Positions 23,340 through 37,219 of a DNA stretch of 64,000 nt are shown in pieces (the stretch's first letter is position 1; each line of letters starts with the position of its first letter). This DNA comes from Dicyema japonicum (lineage: Eukaryota > Animalia > Dicyemida): NCBI GenBank assembly GCA_011109175.1, contig RDEW01000006.1, forward strand, positions 657,232 to 721,231, written 5' to 3'. The position numbers were made by a program, and so were the translations under genes. Under the pieces are notes generated by a model, which was given only the letters and a program-made list of their open reading frames with translations, had not been told where the DNA came from and made no database searches.

Positions 23340-23480
23340 CACCTCTTTCGCCCATTGTCTAATTGACTCCTCATCCTATCTCTCTGTCTCTTATACTCCA
23401 ATGTAAGACTCTCTAGGGTTCGTTTTAAAACAGTGAACTGTAGGTATCTCTGGAGCTTCTACCTTGATCTACCATGGTGT
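23340..23480 (-). mobile_element. 3' fragment of the same RLE retroelement family as 29070-30330
   Basis: The reverse strand tagaagctccag..acctacagt.cactgt.ttaaa.cg.accctagagag.ct.aca.tggagtata matches 30118-30195. Confidence 0.7.
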
Positions 23481-23500
23481 TCTCTAATACAGATTGCGCA

Positions 23501-26500
23501 TTAGAGGAACAAATTACTCGCATTTAGAAAAGTCTTATATAACAACGCTGCCTCTAAACGAATGCCTTCGAATTGTCTCAAGCATAATAATGGACTTTTT
23601 TTAAGTCATATTTTTATTTCTGACTTCATTATTAATGCCTCTGAAACAAGAATTCCTTAACAAACAACCAGTATCTATTGAAATTAATGAGTAGTGAACC
23701 TTGAGTAAATAAAACGTGCAAAGTCAAGTGATGTCTGAAAATAGTCTTCATTACATCAGACATTAGTGGAAATTTAGAAGGACCTTCATATTAAATAAAA
23801 TAATACTTGATGTCCCCACTGTGTTTTAATATCTTAAATCAACTCCATGCCATATTAATACTTCATTAATCACTCCATAATCATCAAGTCGGGGTCCCAA
23901 CAAATAACACATCAATTTGTGAGTTTGTACATCTAACATTTACATAAATAATCACCATTGAACTTAGACAGCTTATTATTCACTATATCAATATTTTTCA
24001 TCAACTCATAGAACACGTGGTCTATGTAAAATTGGGTCGATAATAAACGAGGAGGGTCATTCAAAGAGAATGAAGAAAAGAACTCTTTGATCAACCGAAA
24101 GTTGTTTAGATGCAAACTATAATCAGGTGTGAATTGTCTCTTAGACAAAACAGAACAATACTTAAATAACACAACAACAAATAAATTTAATTTCCCGCCA
24201 AAACAAATCCTCAAAAGATGACTGCAATTAATATATAAGAATTACATTATCAACAATCAATCATCAAAACAACTACAATCACACGCCAGAGTGTAGAAAT
24301 GTCTGATCGGTTGGAGATGGTATCGACTACCAATGACAAGTGAGTGGAAATGAGGGTAAAAGGCACATAACATACCACAATACCACGTGGAGTACATGTC
24401 AGCCGATGTCTTATATAATCACTGTCCATTACCGGCATTTCGCAAAGAAGAGGAGACCAATGGACATTGCCACAGCCATTTGTGAACCATAGTTGACATA
24501 TTTGTACTTATCATTACTCACAAACCTGCTTCTCAGATAACGACAAGTTGCAAGGACTGTCACACAACCACTCCCAGACATAATCTAATAATAATCAAAT
24601 CTACCAATGAAGCAGACAGAATGAGACACAATATTGTATTCTCTTGGATGGGGGATACACTGTATTCCAAAAATTTGTAGAAAAAAACCCAACTAAATGA
24701 GTTAACTGCAAACAATAAATTCCATAGCATTACGGTCATTACTGCTAACCAGTTTAAAGCCCACTACCAATGCCCATCCCCCAAATGAGCCATAAAACAC
24801 TCCCTGTCATATAACCACTCAACAACCTCAACTCCCTATTATCCAAACGCATACTATCAAGTGTTCTATGGCATCCACTAAACATTCTAAGGCATTACTT
24901 CATGAATTACATATAAAGGTAAGGTTGACAACAAACAGTCCCCTGTGCAGTCCAATCGTTTCCAGTCAACCAAACAGAGGGAGAGAGACTTGGTAAACCA
25001 AAATAATACTCTAAGAGTGAGAATACCCGGTTTATAAGCAGACAAACCCAAAACTCCATTCTGTAAAGAAAGACTCTCAATAATGAATCTGTAGTAAGAA
25101 AGACCAGACCTATTAGAAGTATTGAAATATAAAAGTCCCAGGGCCACTGTTGCTGCAAATGAGGTGTTTATTCTCGACCGTCCTAAAATGAGTACAATAA
25201 TAACTCTGAGAATTTGACTGGGTTTGTTCTGAGCACTTCCACGCAGAGAGTACTAATTGTTAAAATCAGTCAAACGATGCGAGACTTTCTGCTACCCTCC
25301 ATCAAATACAACAAAGTCTGGGACATTTTAGCAACCTCATCACTGCAGTCATCCCCATTCTATATTCATCAGATAAATAACAACTCCCATGACGATCATT
25401 CCAAATGATAGTCCAACTCAAAGTGAGTATGCCTCCAAACCCACAGTATTATCTTGAGAGGAAAAAAACACAGCTAATATAACCCCATTATAACCAATCT
25501 CATTAAGTATAGTATTCAAAAGGGAGGCATTTCACGCTCTAAAGTGTACCATTCCAATGCTAAGAATTGCTGCTGATTGAACTGGGAGAGGAAACTCAAT
25601 CGTACAACTCCCACTAAGGAGTGCTGTACTATGCACATTCAACAAGGAAGTAACAGCCATATCACCAGTTCCAAACCTACTAATAACCGCACAAATAACC
25701 TTCCCGCAGACATTCCAAGCAACACAGCCATAGTACATTGAGTATTACCCTGCATAACATATTGACTAACAATCTTAAGGTAGTTATCCTGTAATCTAGA
25801 TGTAATGTCCTGTAAATGTCCATTCAGTCCCAATCCAAACAACATTCCGGAATATTCAGATGTAACGTTCCCTGTTTTGAGTCTGTGGTACGAAATCCAG
25901 CCAGAATCAATCTAAAGTAGTATTAAGACGAGACTTTGGAATTCTGTGAGATCCTCAGTCCAGCAGACACTCCATTGTGGAATTCTCCCCACTGTGTCAA
26001 ACTAGCGTAGACTTCCTTATTTTTAACTTCAATCAGTTTCCCCCTTAAATGTCCCCAATCACATACGTAGAAGTCAGTTTTGCAACAGTCACCAATTCTG
26101 GAATCTCAAACGTCTCAGATGCGTAGAATTGACTGTCCCGATAATTCATTATTCCTCTAAAATGAATTAGCAGTCAACCTTCCCACAGAATTGGCATACA
26201 CTCGAACTAACATTTTCCCCAAATCCTCCTCTAACGACTCGTAGTTGCTTAAGTGAAAGGATAATCTTACATCAAGTCATCGTCGTGTTCTATGGATGGC
26301 ATAATAACCTGGTCACTGCTACTCAACATTCGCGCTGCATCAATCATTCGGCTGTCAGATGGAAATGGTGGACTAAGGTTTGTCACTTGCTTTCTTTTTG
26401 CTTTCTTGAACGTAGATACTAAAATAATAAAACAATGACATTTGGTAATCAGAGGACAGGAGATAAGTTGTTGATTATGCGAGTACTCAATAACCCACAG

Positions 26501-28991
26501 AATGGCATAAAGACAGGGAATATAAACACATTGAGGAAGAGTCTCAGTGTCAACAGAAGTTATATCTTTTTGTTTAATATTGTATACTCAGTTTATGCAT
26601 GGCCAGTACTACCCTCTCCATTAAATTGAGTTCCTTATTTTCCTTCTTCTTCATTGTAGCTTCCACAGCTATGCTAACCAAATTCAACTAACAAAATCGA
26701 AGGCGGTTTCCAAACACAGATTTTACTTGAAGGTGCATCTCTGAAGAGAATCTCCGATCAGCAATAACCAAGACAAGCTGTTTCATCATATTCTACACAT
26801 ACTTGCACTGCCAGTTTGGTGTTCTCACAAACCCCATCAAAGTAGATAAACTTAGGGAGAGTTTCGCCAGAGTAGGCAGAACTGATCCACTTGTAAATAT
26901 TTGGGGTGTTGGACAAAAGTAAGTACATTCAATAGACTCCAATACAGCTAGAATGACCACACAAAACAACGAAAGTGATAGGAGGCAAAGTCAAACTCCA
27001 ATCTAGGATCATCCCTCCAATAGTGGTGGACATACTCTATCAGAGATGACTTTCTACAGTAATATTTAATAACACCGAGCAATGTGGTACAAAATTTCCC
27101 CCAATTCTGGAATATAAGTGAACATGTAACGGATTAATTTTAAATTCTAACATTAAACATTCATAATACCTCATATACTAAGTGTAAAGCAAATAAAGTG
27201 TCCAGCAAACAGTGAGAGAGAATGCAGTTGTCAGAATAGCATGTGATTGGCAGAAGACCACTAATTCCTCGGTTATTTGTCAGTCTCTTGGCTTTTAAAA
27301 ACTCCCAATCCTTCAGTAATACAACAAATTACAGAATTGTCACGCGGTCTTTTGGAACAGAAGATTTCACACTTCCTTTTTTCTACAGTAAAATAATAAA
27401 CCGACAATTTTTTCGTAGTCTATTAAAAGGCCACAAATTTCAGCCAAAAGTGTCTCAATCGACTCCATTCGTCCTTTTGTGGGTGATTATCCTCAAAGTT
27501 TGATCCTTTGGTGTACCATAGTCCAAATATACAACTGGCTATGGACGATGGCAGTAGTTTTAGTAATCCTTTCAGGCACATTCCGACTGATCACATAATG
27601 TAAACAAATACCAATTTCCGTAGAGAAAGCCTCCTCAAATACAACACGTTTAAATTCCGAGGAAACTTCCTAGAAAATTAATTCAAGCACAAACCATGAA
27701 GACACAACGATCGTATGATTCCACCAACTCACTGAATAATCCGCTGTATTCGTCTAAATTACCCAATATATCAATTACTAAAGTCTGAGCAATCCGTTGG
27801 AAAGAAAATGAAATCTCAGTGACCTGTAATATTCACAAAATAATAAAGTGAGGTTCACTATAAAGCTTAAATGACAAATTTGTAAAAACGACCAAGGTTG
27901 AATTGAGTCCTTTAACAAAACAAGCGTCATAGCAAGGAATGATGAGTAACTCCGTCCAATCGAAGGTATTTTTCGCTTTAAAAGAAATCATCCTCAATTC
28001 AGAAGACACCAAGTAGCACAGATATTCCGTCCCCGATACATCTTCACAGACGAATGCCTTCTCCGCCTTATTTGTACAGCTAATCACATGTATTAATAAA
28101 TTTACGTCTTCTCATTCCACACCCTCTCAAGACATATTTGAGAAAGAACGCTCTTTAAATGGTCTCATGGTTGAGAGAATGAAGAGAAATTTTGAATACT
28201 GAAAGCAGAGAGTCTCCTGGAAAAGGGACGTTAATGCTGTTCTGAATAATGGATTTAAGGCTCCTCCTAATTGAGGAGAAGAAGAGGGACGAATAGCCAG
28301 TTGTTGCATGATAGACTAGGTTAGATTAGAGGGTTGGGATATGGAGAAAACATCATGATGAGTAATTGGTCGCGTAATACATATTACATGCACGTGAGTA
28401 GAACAGTCGTATAGTAGGACAAAGGGGTGGTTAGGAGAAGTGAAAATAATATTATAATGGTCGTGTGAGAAGTATTCTACTCGTTGAGAGTGTTCTTCTA
28501 AAAGTACTGGGGCTAGTTCATCAAGGGGGTGAGAAAGACTAAACAAAGTGGGGATTCCATTAGACGGAGACTGTATTCTGAATAAAAAAGCCTCGAAGAG
28601 ACACCACATTTGGTACACAACAAATGGGAGACTGTTGTACAGCCAATTACCGTCTTTGTTTCGAACGGATAGGATTCCCCTATTATCTAATATCCAAATT
28701 CCATCCTTAAGGAAAACCTAAGAATGAAATCATATTATAACTGATTTGACGTTGTCTTCCATTGTATATCGTTTGAAAAGATGTTGTGTAGAGGGGGATA
28801 ATCCACTTGTTAACAGGACCACGTTATCGCAGTAGAGAACTTCGACCTCCTCATCATTTTCATACGATGTAGTGTCTACAAACCACTTTGGAGTCTGTTA
28901 TAGTTGAAACAAATACTACAGAGTTTATTCCAAGTTCATTAATGTGTTTTATCCCATTTGGGATAAATTCTTCAACATCAGACAATTTCAT
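23501..28991 (-). CDS. ANAPC1: Anaphase-promoting complex subunit 1, many micro-introns (3' end approximate)
   Basis: PTLFSLSHPLDELAPV; GDMAVTSLLNVHSTALL...PLPVQSAAILSIGMVH; MALGLLYFNTSNRS; YGSQMAVAMSIGLLF - all match conserved Apc1 segments. Confidence 0.9.
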
Positions 28992-29069
28992 AATTTAACC
29001 GCCTATTTTAAATTAAAAATTTATTTTTATTATTATTAAAAGAGTCACCATATTATATAAACCTTTCCT

Positions 29070-30330
29070 ATAACTACTACATAGGTGTTGTGGAGTTTGA
29101 GCCCAAGAGTATGATGAAATGGATGTTATGATCCGTGGAGTACTCAGAGAGAACCATGTCCATGTGTGCTGGCAGCCAATAAGGAGAGACTATATTTACC
29201 CGTGATAAATCGGCCGTGGACTGTGTGGAGTAGTCCAACTAAGTGAGCGTATCCTAATGCGAATGCACGACACCCTGATAGCTGGGTCAAGTGTGTCTGC
29301 TAGGAAGCACGCCATAATAACGACCGAGAAAACACGGGCAACCCACCTAGGCACTATCAGACCTTTTTTGTCTGCTAAGTATGGTGTTGATGATGGTGGG
29401 CTAGTAAATGTGAAGGCGTTGATCGAATTACAATATAATAATTTGATGGAAAAGATCAACTTAAAAAGCCTTCATAAGGTCCTCTTCAGAGCATTGGACA
29501 ACCCACATGTCGACCTTAAGTCGTCGACAATATGGCTAAAATACGGTGACAACTCACCTCGATCGGAGGCGTTGTACACGTATATGCAAGACCGCAATAT
29601 TTTTTGGGGTCGATCAACAAATACATGTCCCCACTGTAAGTCAAGGAGCATGTCGGTTGATCATTTAGCCACTCGATGTGGATCCATGCTCTGCCACGAC
29701 TATGTGTGGAGGCACAACGAGGTAGTAAGGAGTCTTCATCTTCTACTATGCAATAAGTATGGTATTCGCCACACCAGAAAGTTGCGGACTCATAAGGTGC
29801 AATCTGTAGTAGAGAACACCAGGGTCCAAATTAAGGTAGACAGTGTTATCCGTACCTCGGTGCTAGTCAAGCACAATAAACCGGACATTGTGGTACACGA
29901 TAAGGAGTCTGGCCAAGTCCTTATCATAGAGGTTGGCATCACGTCTCAAGACCGTTTGCAGACTGTGGAGGTGGAGAAAAAAAGGAAGTATGACTTTCTT
30001 GCAAACGAGATGGGGCAGATGCTTGGTTGCAAGGTCCTCGTTATTCCTATAGTAATGACGTGGGAAGGAATTGCAACAAAGTACCACAAGGGTTATCTGA
30101 AGCAGTTGGGGGTAGATAGGAAGCTCCAGGCCTATCTACAGTCCACTGTGTTAAAGCGGACCCTAGAGAGCCTGACACTGGAGTATAGGAGGCAGAGCCC
30201 TGAGATGCCATATGGGCAGAGGGTTCAATTAGACAAGGCGCTCTCGGAGTTGTTTCAGCAACCAGAATCGAACCTGCCTGAGGAGGCTGGCGAACAGGCA
30301 GGCGAGGAAGGTTGTTGATTAATATATTAA
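29070..30330 (+). mobile_element. 5'-truncated R4/NeSL-type non-LTR retroelement (RT thumb + CCHC + PD-(D/E)xK RLE)
   Basis: KERLYLP..GRGL upstream, then an uninterrupted 353-aa ORF (29257-30318) with CPHC...HLATRC, RHNEVV, HNKPDIVV, IEVGIT and EKKRKY. Confidence 0.9.
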
Positions 30331-30779
30331 CTTTTTTATTGTTTGTTAAATAAAGTGGGGTGTCAATTAACCTTTCCTATTTTATTGTAAGCAAATAATT
30401 TATCATTCGCAACCAGAAACCGCTCTCAAAGTTCAAATGAAGCTGTACAATACGTGTGACTGATTTGACATCTAACCGCCTCTAAGTCTAGTAACATCTC
30501 ATTTGGCTAAGTATGCAGAGTCAACAATGAATATAAGCGAAAGACAATCTCTTGTATTGAAGAAAACTCTTGAGAGTATGTTTTTTAACAAATTTTACAA
30601 AAACAACTCTTTGGAAACGATCTCATCGGCTCCCGATCTTCCATACACAAGTTGTCCGCAGTTCAAGAAACTACCAAAAAGTATTGTAGCTTTACCACCT
30701 ATTTCAAAGTGCCTCAAGAGCCACTCGGCCTCCGAGAGAACAAAACGAGTAAAATACAATGTCGTACCCGAAGATGTTT

Positions 30780-30960
30780 AGTTTGTTCAACTCGGAATTG
30801 AACATCCAGGTCCCTTGCGTCTTCGAGCTAGAATTCCTGCGTAGTCTAAGGAATCGGATTTCTACATTTACTGGATTTCTCAGCGAACGCAGCTAGCTAT
30901 TTGATTGAATCTTGCTCGCAATCCTGAGAAAGAATAACCACGGATCGGTTAACGATAATT
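30780..30960 (+). mobile_element. CRE-clade 3' fragment
   Basis: FVQLGIETSG-like segment and ILLAILRKNNH, homologous to the 10945 and 33790 ends. Confidence 0.5.
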
Positions 30961-31379
30961 AAAACTGTTTTATTACCCTCTATCTGGACAAATAGATTAC
31001 CTACTTGTCTCTGAATGAGTCATAAAAGATGAGATTCTATCTTTCTGACCCATCAGCAGTTGAGGACTTGATGGAGTTCATACCAAGCATCTCCATGATC
31101 TCTTTTCTCAGAACACGGGCAATTCTGACGTCCGGCTTGCATCGAATATCACAAATAACTATTCTCAGTTAAACTTTTGCTTTCGATAAAAAGGATGAGA
31201 AATACGTTCCCTTGTAATGGGTTTAGTTTACTGCCGTCCTACCTCAAAGCAAGCAGGAGATCAATTTTTTTCCACGTTCGTGATGCATTCTCAGTCAGTC
31301 CGATACTGGTCGCTGTTCCGTAATTTTCACAGCCGCAGTACACGTGTACTGACATTCACTCAAAACAACAGGGATATTC

Positions 31380-33860
31380 ACTCAAAACAACAGATATATA
31401 GATTTTTTCCACCTCGGGTGTATCAAGCTATCCCAAGCCGCAGCGAGCGTGGTTGGAGATGGCGGATATGCATCGGCCTATGCAGGGAAGGTTCCCGTGT
31501 CTGTGGCAATGTTAACTCTCCCGTTAATTACTTATCAACCACGGACCCTGAAACGTTCCTACGTCTCATCTCTGAATTACGTTCTTCACGGACTATCCCT
31601 GTGAGGATTCCAAGGCCGTACGACCTGTCGCTGTGGAGGCCCATTCCATAACGATCAAAGATGCCCTCCGGACTAACGCAGTACATGATAGATGTGCTTA
31701 TTCAGTTTTGCGCCTTCCGCACTGGGACTTGATCGAGATGGTCACGAAAAGGAGTCTCTCGCTAGCACCATGAGGACCAACATTCGTTTTTTTGGGAGGT
31801 ATCCACATCCCCAGTTGTCCCATGGCTTCTAACTGTACGAGGGAGACACGTAGTCAGAACAAGGAAGTGGAAGTGCTCCGTCTCAAAAGAACTTTTCGGT
31901 CGAAGTTAATCGAAGGTGGCACCCGCGCAGCCATCAGGGCACTTTCCTCAAGTGGACCACAAAAACCGACTCCAGACGTCTACATTATCTTACTGAACAA
32001 GCATACACTGCCACCCCAAAACCTACGCCAAATCGCTCCCCGATCCGGAGTGAGTCTCCTGATTGCATCCAACCATGAAGTTTTTCTTGCATACAGAATT
32101 TTGCCCCTAATAGCAGTGGCGGGCTCGACGGAATGAGACCTGACTACCTGAAGGATCTAACCTCTTTGTCCGTAAGAGACCATTTACTTCATCTTACGAA
32201 TTCAATTACTTCACTTATGAACCGGATCCTGTCAGTTCTTTTCGAAGTTATCCGCCATGTCCTGTTCTCCGCCAATTTGATAGCCTTCGATAAGAAGGGT
32301 GGCTGAGTACGATCAGTTGTGGTCGGGTTTGTCTTCAGAAGACTGGCTGCTAAAATTTCCTCCAGACATTCTATCCACTCGTCACAAAATTCTTGAACTC
32401 CCCTCAAGTAGGCGTCGGTATTCGCTTGGGATGCGAGGCCGTTATCCATTCGATGAAGACATTCATAAACCGCAGTATAGAAGATTCCCGGAGATATGTC
32501 CTGGTCAAACTGGACATCAAGAACGCTTTCAATTGTCTAAGGAGGGACAATATCCTGGAGGCGTGTGCTGAGAGATGCTCTAATATTTTCGAATTTGTGA
32601 ATCAGTCATACAACCTACCTTCATATTTATTTTTCGGGGACTACTTAATCCATTCGTATTCTGGAGTGCAACAGGGAGATCCCCTTGGACCCCTATTGTT
32701 TTGTCTCGCAATAAAGAAAATCACCAAACTTCCGCGCTCGCCTCTCAACCTATGGTATCTGGATGATGCGGTCCTCGGAGGACTCCTGGATACTATTTTC
32801 CGGGATTTGGAAGTGATAATTTCAGCACTGTTGGAAGCTGGACTGGAATTAAATTACACTAAATGCGAAATCTACAATTGCGGACTTTCAGAAGAGAAGT
32901 ATTCAAAAGCTTTGTCATGTTACGGAAATTTACTACCTGGAAGTATTTCCACACCCGATCAAGAACTTATATTCCTCGGATTCCCAATCACCATAAATTC
33001 AATGGGAAGAGCTATGCGTGAAAAACGACTGTTACTCAAAGAGACTTTGGACCGCTTGTGTCTACTTGACATGCATACACCATTATTCCTCCTGAAAAAC
33101 AGTCTCAACATACAGAGGCTTGTATATGTCCTGAGGACTGCTCCCTATTTCCCTCAGTGATATTTAGGAAAGGAAAAAGAAAGTTGCTGTGGTATTGTAC
33201 ATATCCGTATCTAATCACATGAAAAATGGATCCTATGGGCCTTCGTCCAAAAACAAATAAAGAAAGTATAGTAGAAACAGGACCGTTGTCTGTGGGGCTG
33301 GATGATGTCACATCTGTGCCGATGCGGAGACCAGAATGACTGTTTTGGCATACAACCTCTCCCCTGCAGGAAGAGTGCAGGCAGATTTCCCAGACAAATA
33401 GCCTTAAACAAAGTCGTTAGGCGAGCTTTGGACGCCGGCAGACACCCCTCTATGCTCGAACCTGTCGGCCTCTGCAGGCTAGATGGGAAATGACCAGATG
33501 GGATGACAATCTTCCCTTTTGAAGCCGGGAAACCTCTTGTCTGGGACTTTACCTGCACCGACACATTTTCCTCTTGCAACCTACTCCAGAGTGCCTCTGG
33601 AGCCTGTTCTGCCGCTAGAAGGCCGAGAAGGTTAACCGGGAAAAATACGCGGTCCTACCCAAGTATTTTTTTGTTTGTTCCACTCGCCGTTGATACGTCT
33701 GGTTCCCTTGCTCTTACAACGCTTGAATTCTTAGAGTCGTCTTGGGAATCGGTTCACTACACGAACAGGAGACCCTCGTCGCTGCTAGTTATTTGAGCGA
33801 ATCTCACTCGCCATCCTTGAGAGAAAATAGCCACGCAGTCAGGGCAGTCGCTATATAACC
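31380..33860 (+). mobile_element. Near full-length degenerate CRE-clade retrotransposon
   Basis: RIPKAVRP N-terminal block. RT ORF 32393-33160 (QVGVG..GCEAVIH, LVKLDIKNAFN, GVQQGDPLGPLLF, WYLDDAVL). CRCG zinc knuckle, LEPVGLCRLDGK*PDG and FVPLAVDTSG. Confidence 0.9.
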
Positions 33861-35329
33861 GTTTACTCTATTTCCTCTCCAGCAATATTCGCAGTTATGT
33901 AATTTTTGAGAACTTTGTGTTCTTCCTTTTAATTTACAACTATGTAGATAGAAAAGCGTCAAGTCTGGTTCACAGTTAATACTTTATCACCTAATACTTG
34001 GGAGTCCAACATAGGGATCAGTTTAACGAAGCTCTGGTCAGTGTCGGAATCGACTGTGTTACGGAATGTTGATCTATACCTTTGAACATGTGGTGCTTAA
34101 ATGATTGCACGTTGGATGGCCAAACGTTTTTGACAATTTAAGAGGACTAATATTTCATCTAGAGAGACTCAGTCTATCTCTGAAAGCCTCAAAATATGAG
34201 GTCATTAATTTTTGATTCCTGTGGCCTGAATAGTATTTAATCCTTTATCTGTTCATAAAAAACCGAGAACAACGCTTTTTACTTAAAGTAGAATCCGGCA
34301 CACTTGCAGTACAAAAGAACAATTAACATATGGAGATGTTGGAGGTTCCTTTTTCTGCTGAGGAAAACCCTATCAGCATAAAAACTAAACAACGTTCTTC
34401 GCAAAGCAGTTTGTTTCCCGGGATACAACTGTTAAAATCAATCAACTTTTTTTCCGCTCAACTATCGAACATCTCATATCCTTCTAATAGTAGTAGATCA
34501 ACCTGTATGAAAGCTATCATCTATAATAATGTTGATAAATATATGTTAGTTAATCTAAAATTTCAGTTAATGTACTTTGTTGGTATACATGCCTTTATCA
34601 CTTTGTGCCAAATGCAACTCAGTCTCCACCAGTATTGGACATGCAGATATTTTTGAAATCAAAGAACATAAAAAACATATTCCGAAATAAAGTGCGATTA
34701 AAAACCATAAACATAGGAATGTAGTATCGGAAAAGTATAGTCTACCATGTGGTCTAACAAAAGGAGCTTACAATATTTAATAAACCTAGCACAAACACCA
34801 CAACTAATTAATCCAAAGAACACATGGGAGGAAACCTTCTTGCCAACCCCGATAGACTTTTAGAGGCTTCAGCTCTGAAGAGAGGTAGATAAGTAGCTCT
34901 TTTATCTTCCATTATTATCACAAGTCCTACTGTCGCGGACATAACTCTATTCTTAGACAGAAGTTTAAAATGAGAAAGTTATAAATAAAAAAGTTTTTCA
35001 GGAGGTGACGAGTCTGTGTCATAGATATTCCGATTATTATTATTATTAAAACCAAAAATCACCGACAAATTAAATAACTGGTTGAATATACTGCACGTAG
35101 AGCGAGTCCAAATTTGAGTTGAAACACCTATTATATTGTCCAAGAGTGTTTTAACAAAATTTAGCTTTCGTTGTGCCAAGAAGTTACGCCCAGTATCTTG
35201 ATCGAGTTGGTCGTAGGGATTAAGTTTCTATTTATGGTTACACATGGCTTTCTGGGACTTGTATGTAGAATGTTTGTTAATCTTCTGTTTGTTGTGAAAA
35301 TTGTTGTATAAAACTTTTCGGGACTTGTA

Positions 35330-36640
35330 TGTATAATGTTCTTAACGGTTCAACAGTTCAGATCGTCCAATGAAGCTTGTAGCCGGTATACAGCAGTATG
35401 AACGCACTTGTCTTTGACTGCGACGATTATATCATCGACATATGTCAGAACCAGAGTATCGTCACTGGTAAGGGAGGGCATATCATTTAGGAATAGGTTG
35501 AACAGGTGTGGTGACAGTGGAGATCCTTGAGGGACTCCATTTGGAAGAAACTTGGTCACTGACATAGTTATTCCAGCAGTCACTCTTCCTCTACTTCCAT
35601 TTAGGAAATTATCAATTCAGATTTTCAGGTTGTTTGGATTTTTGACGTAAAGATCTTCCCTATCAACAGCATTCTTGGGACAGTGTCGAAAACATTTTTT
35701 ATTTTGATGGAGCATATCAATGACTTCTGATGAGGTTTGCGTTTTAGGCCATCTTGATGGAAACTTGTAAGGCATGTAAGATGCGTTTCTGTGGAGTGCC
35801 CTTTTCTGAATCCGTGTTGAAAAGGTGCGTCAGGAAGGTATGGTTTGATTTGTTTAGCTTCAAAATTTTTGATGTAACACATAAGAGAGATATTGGTCTG
35901 TATGAGGCTTGTGATCCTTTTGGTCGCCCGAGTTTCTCTTATAAGAACAACATTTAACTAATTCATTAATTCTAAAATCAGCGCATTTTTTTCTGTAGCA
36001 CAACGAATATTTTCTAAGCGCGTATGGATATCCTTTTGCCATACGATGGATAACGCTTACATTACTAGCCATTCCAGAAGAGGGCGCCTGCCTTCTCCCC
36101 TGTAGTACCTTCTTCGTAGCATTTTGATACAGGGGGCACCTTGAATGGCTCACCCTGTGTCCCTCCTCGCAACAGTTCACGCACTTGAGAGACCTGACTT
36201 TTGATTGGCAGGTCTTCCGCGAATTTGGACCCCAGAATTTCAGACACTACTCTTTATAATGCATCGAGCTGGTGTGGCCGAATCCTTGGCAAATATGGAT
36301 TGTTATTGTTCTTTAGGGCCACACCAAACCTAATAACCAATGCTTACTTTCTCGAGGCAGATCCTCTCTGCCTCTGCTCCAGAGTAAAGCCAGAGTCTCC
36401 TCTTCCCGCTTGTGGAGTTTTTCTTGATGTGTTCGACTACATTATCACCTACGAAGTCCAGAGGGACTCCGAAGACTAGCACTATTGAATCCAAAGCCTT
36501 AGGAATGACCCGTGACATGTTATGTGCTCTAGGCCCAAAAGGTACCTTAGCTTTGAAAGCTGAAGGGTCGTTCTCATTCCTGAATCCTAGCAACAAGTGG
36601 GATTCTCCGCGTTTGATAACTCTTCCTGTGGCATAGGTAG
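35330..36640 (-). mobile_element. Degenerate two-ORF LINE (gag-like ORF1 + RT fragment, internally deleted)
   Basis: ORF1-like KVPFGP...VLVFGVP and zinc knuckle MNCCEEGHRVSHSRCP. RT segments QHGFRKGHSTET, PNGVPQGSPLSPHLFN and LTYVDDI. Confidence 0.7.
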
Positions 36641-37219
36641 CCTGAGTACATATGCCGCACAGAGCTTAACGACTCCCACCTTCGGCACTTCTAACCAACT
36701 ATTGCAGTTAGTCCCACTCCAACTTGATTTCAACTTTTATGTCTTTCCTTTCAAGAAAAGTCATAAATTAAATCAGAATTAAACTTAAAACTTATCGTTT
36801 CTAAACTAAAAATGTGAGGCCTTTTCACGTACTTTCCGTTTCTTTTAAGTAATTATAGCCTCAGGATCAATTCCACATAAGATCTGTTTAATTTTTTCAT
36901 ATTCGACAAGATCTCTGAAATTTTTTATTTAGAATTAATGGATTAGTTAAATGTTGTTCTTATAAGAGTTACAAAAAAGTTATGTTATGTATATATCTCT
37001 GGTTATTATGGAAACACGTATGAAAACAGGTTGCCCATAGGCTTCAAGCCGCCCATGTGAAATACTATCTCATATTTGTGGTATTTTGGATTTTCAATTT
37101 GACGCCAATTTGACGCAATTAAGTCCTGGACAAAAGGCCTGATAGCTTCCGGTTTGAATCTCGCTGCTGTACATTCCGGTGAAGGTTCCTTTGCCATTAC
37201 GAGTGACTTCGTCATCAAT

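Noticed and set aside
33900-34860. Possible spliced host gene on the minus strand
   Set aside because: Intron-like segments exist, but no consistent frame or recognisable protein could be built, and it is flanked by LINE 3' remnants.
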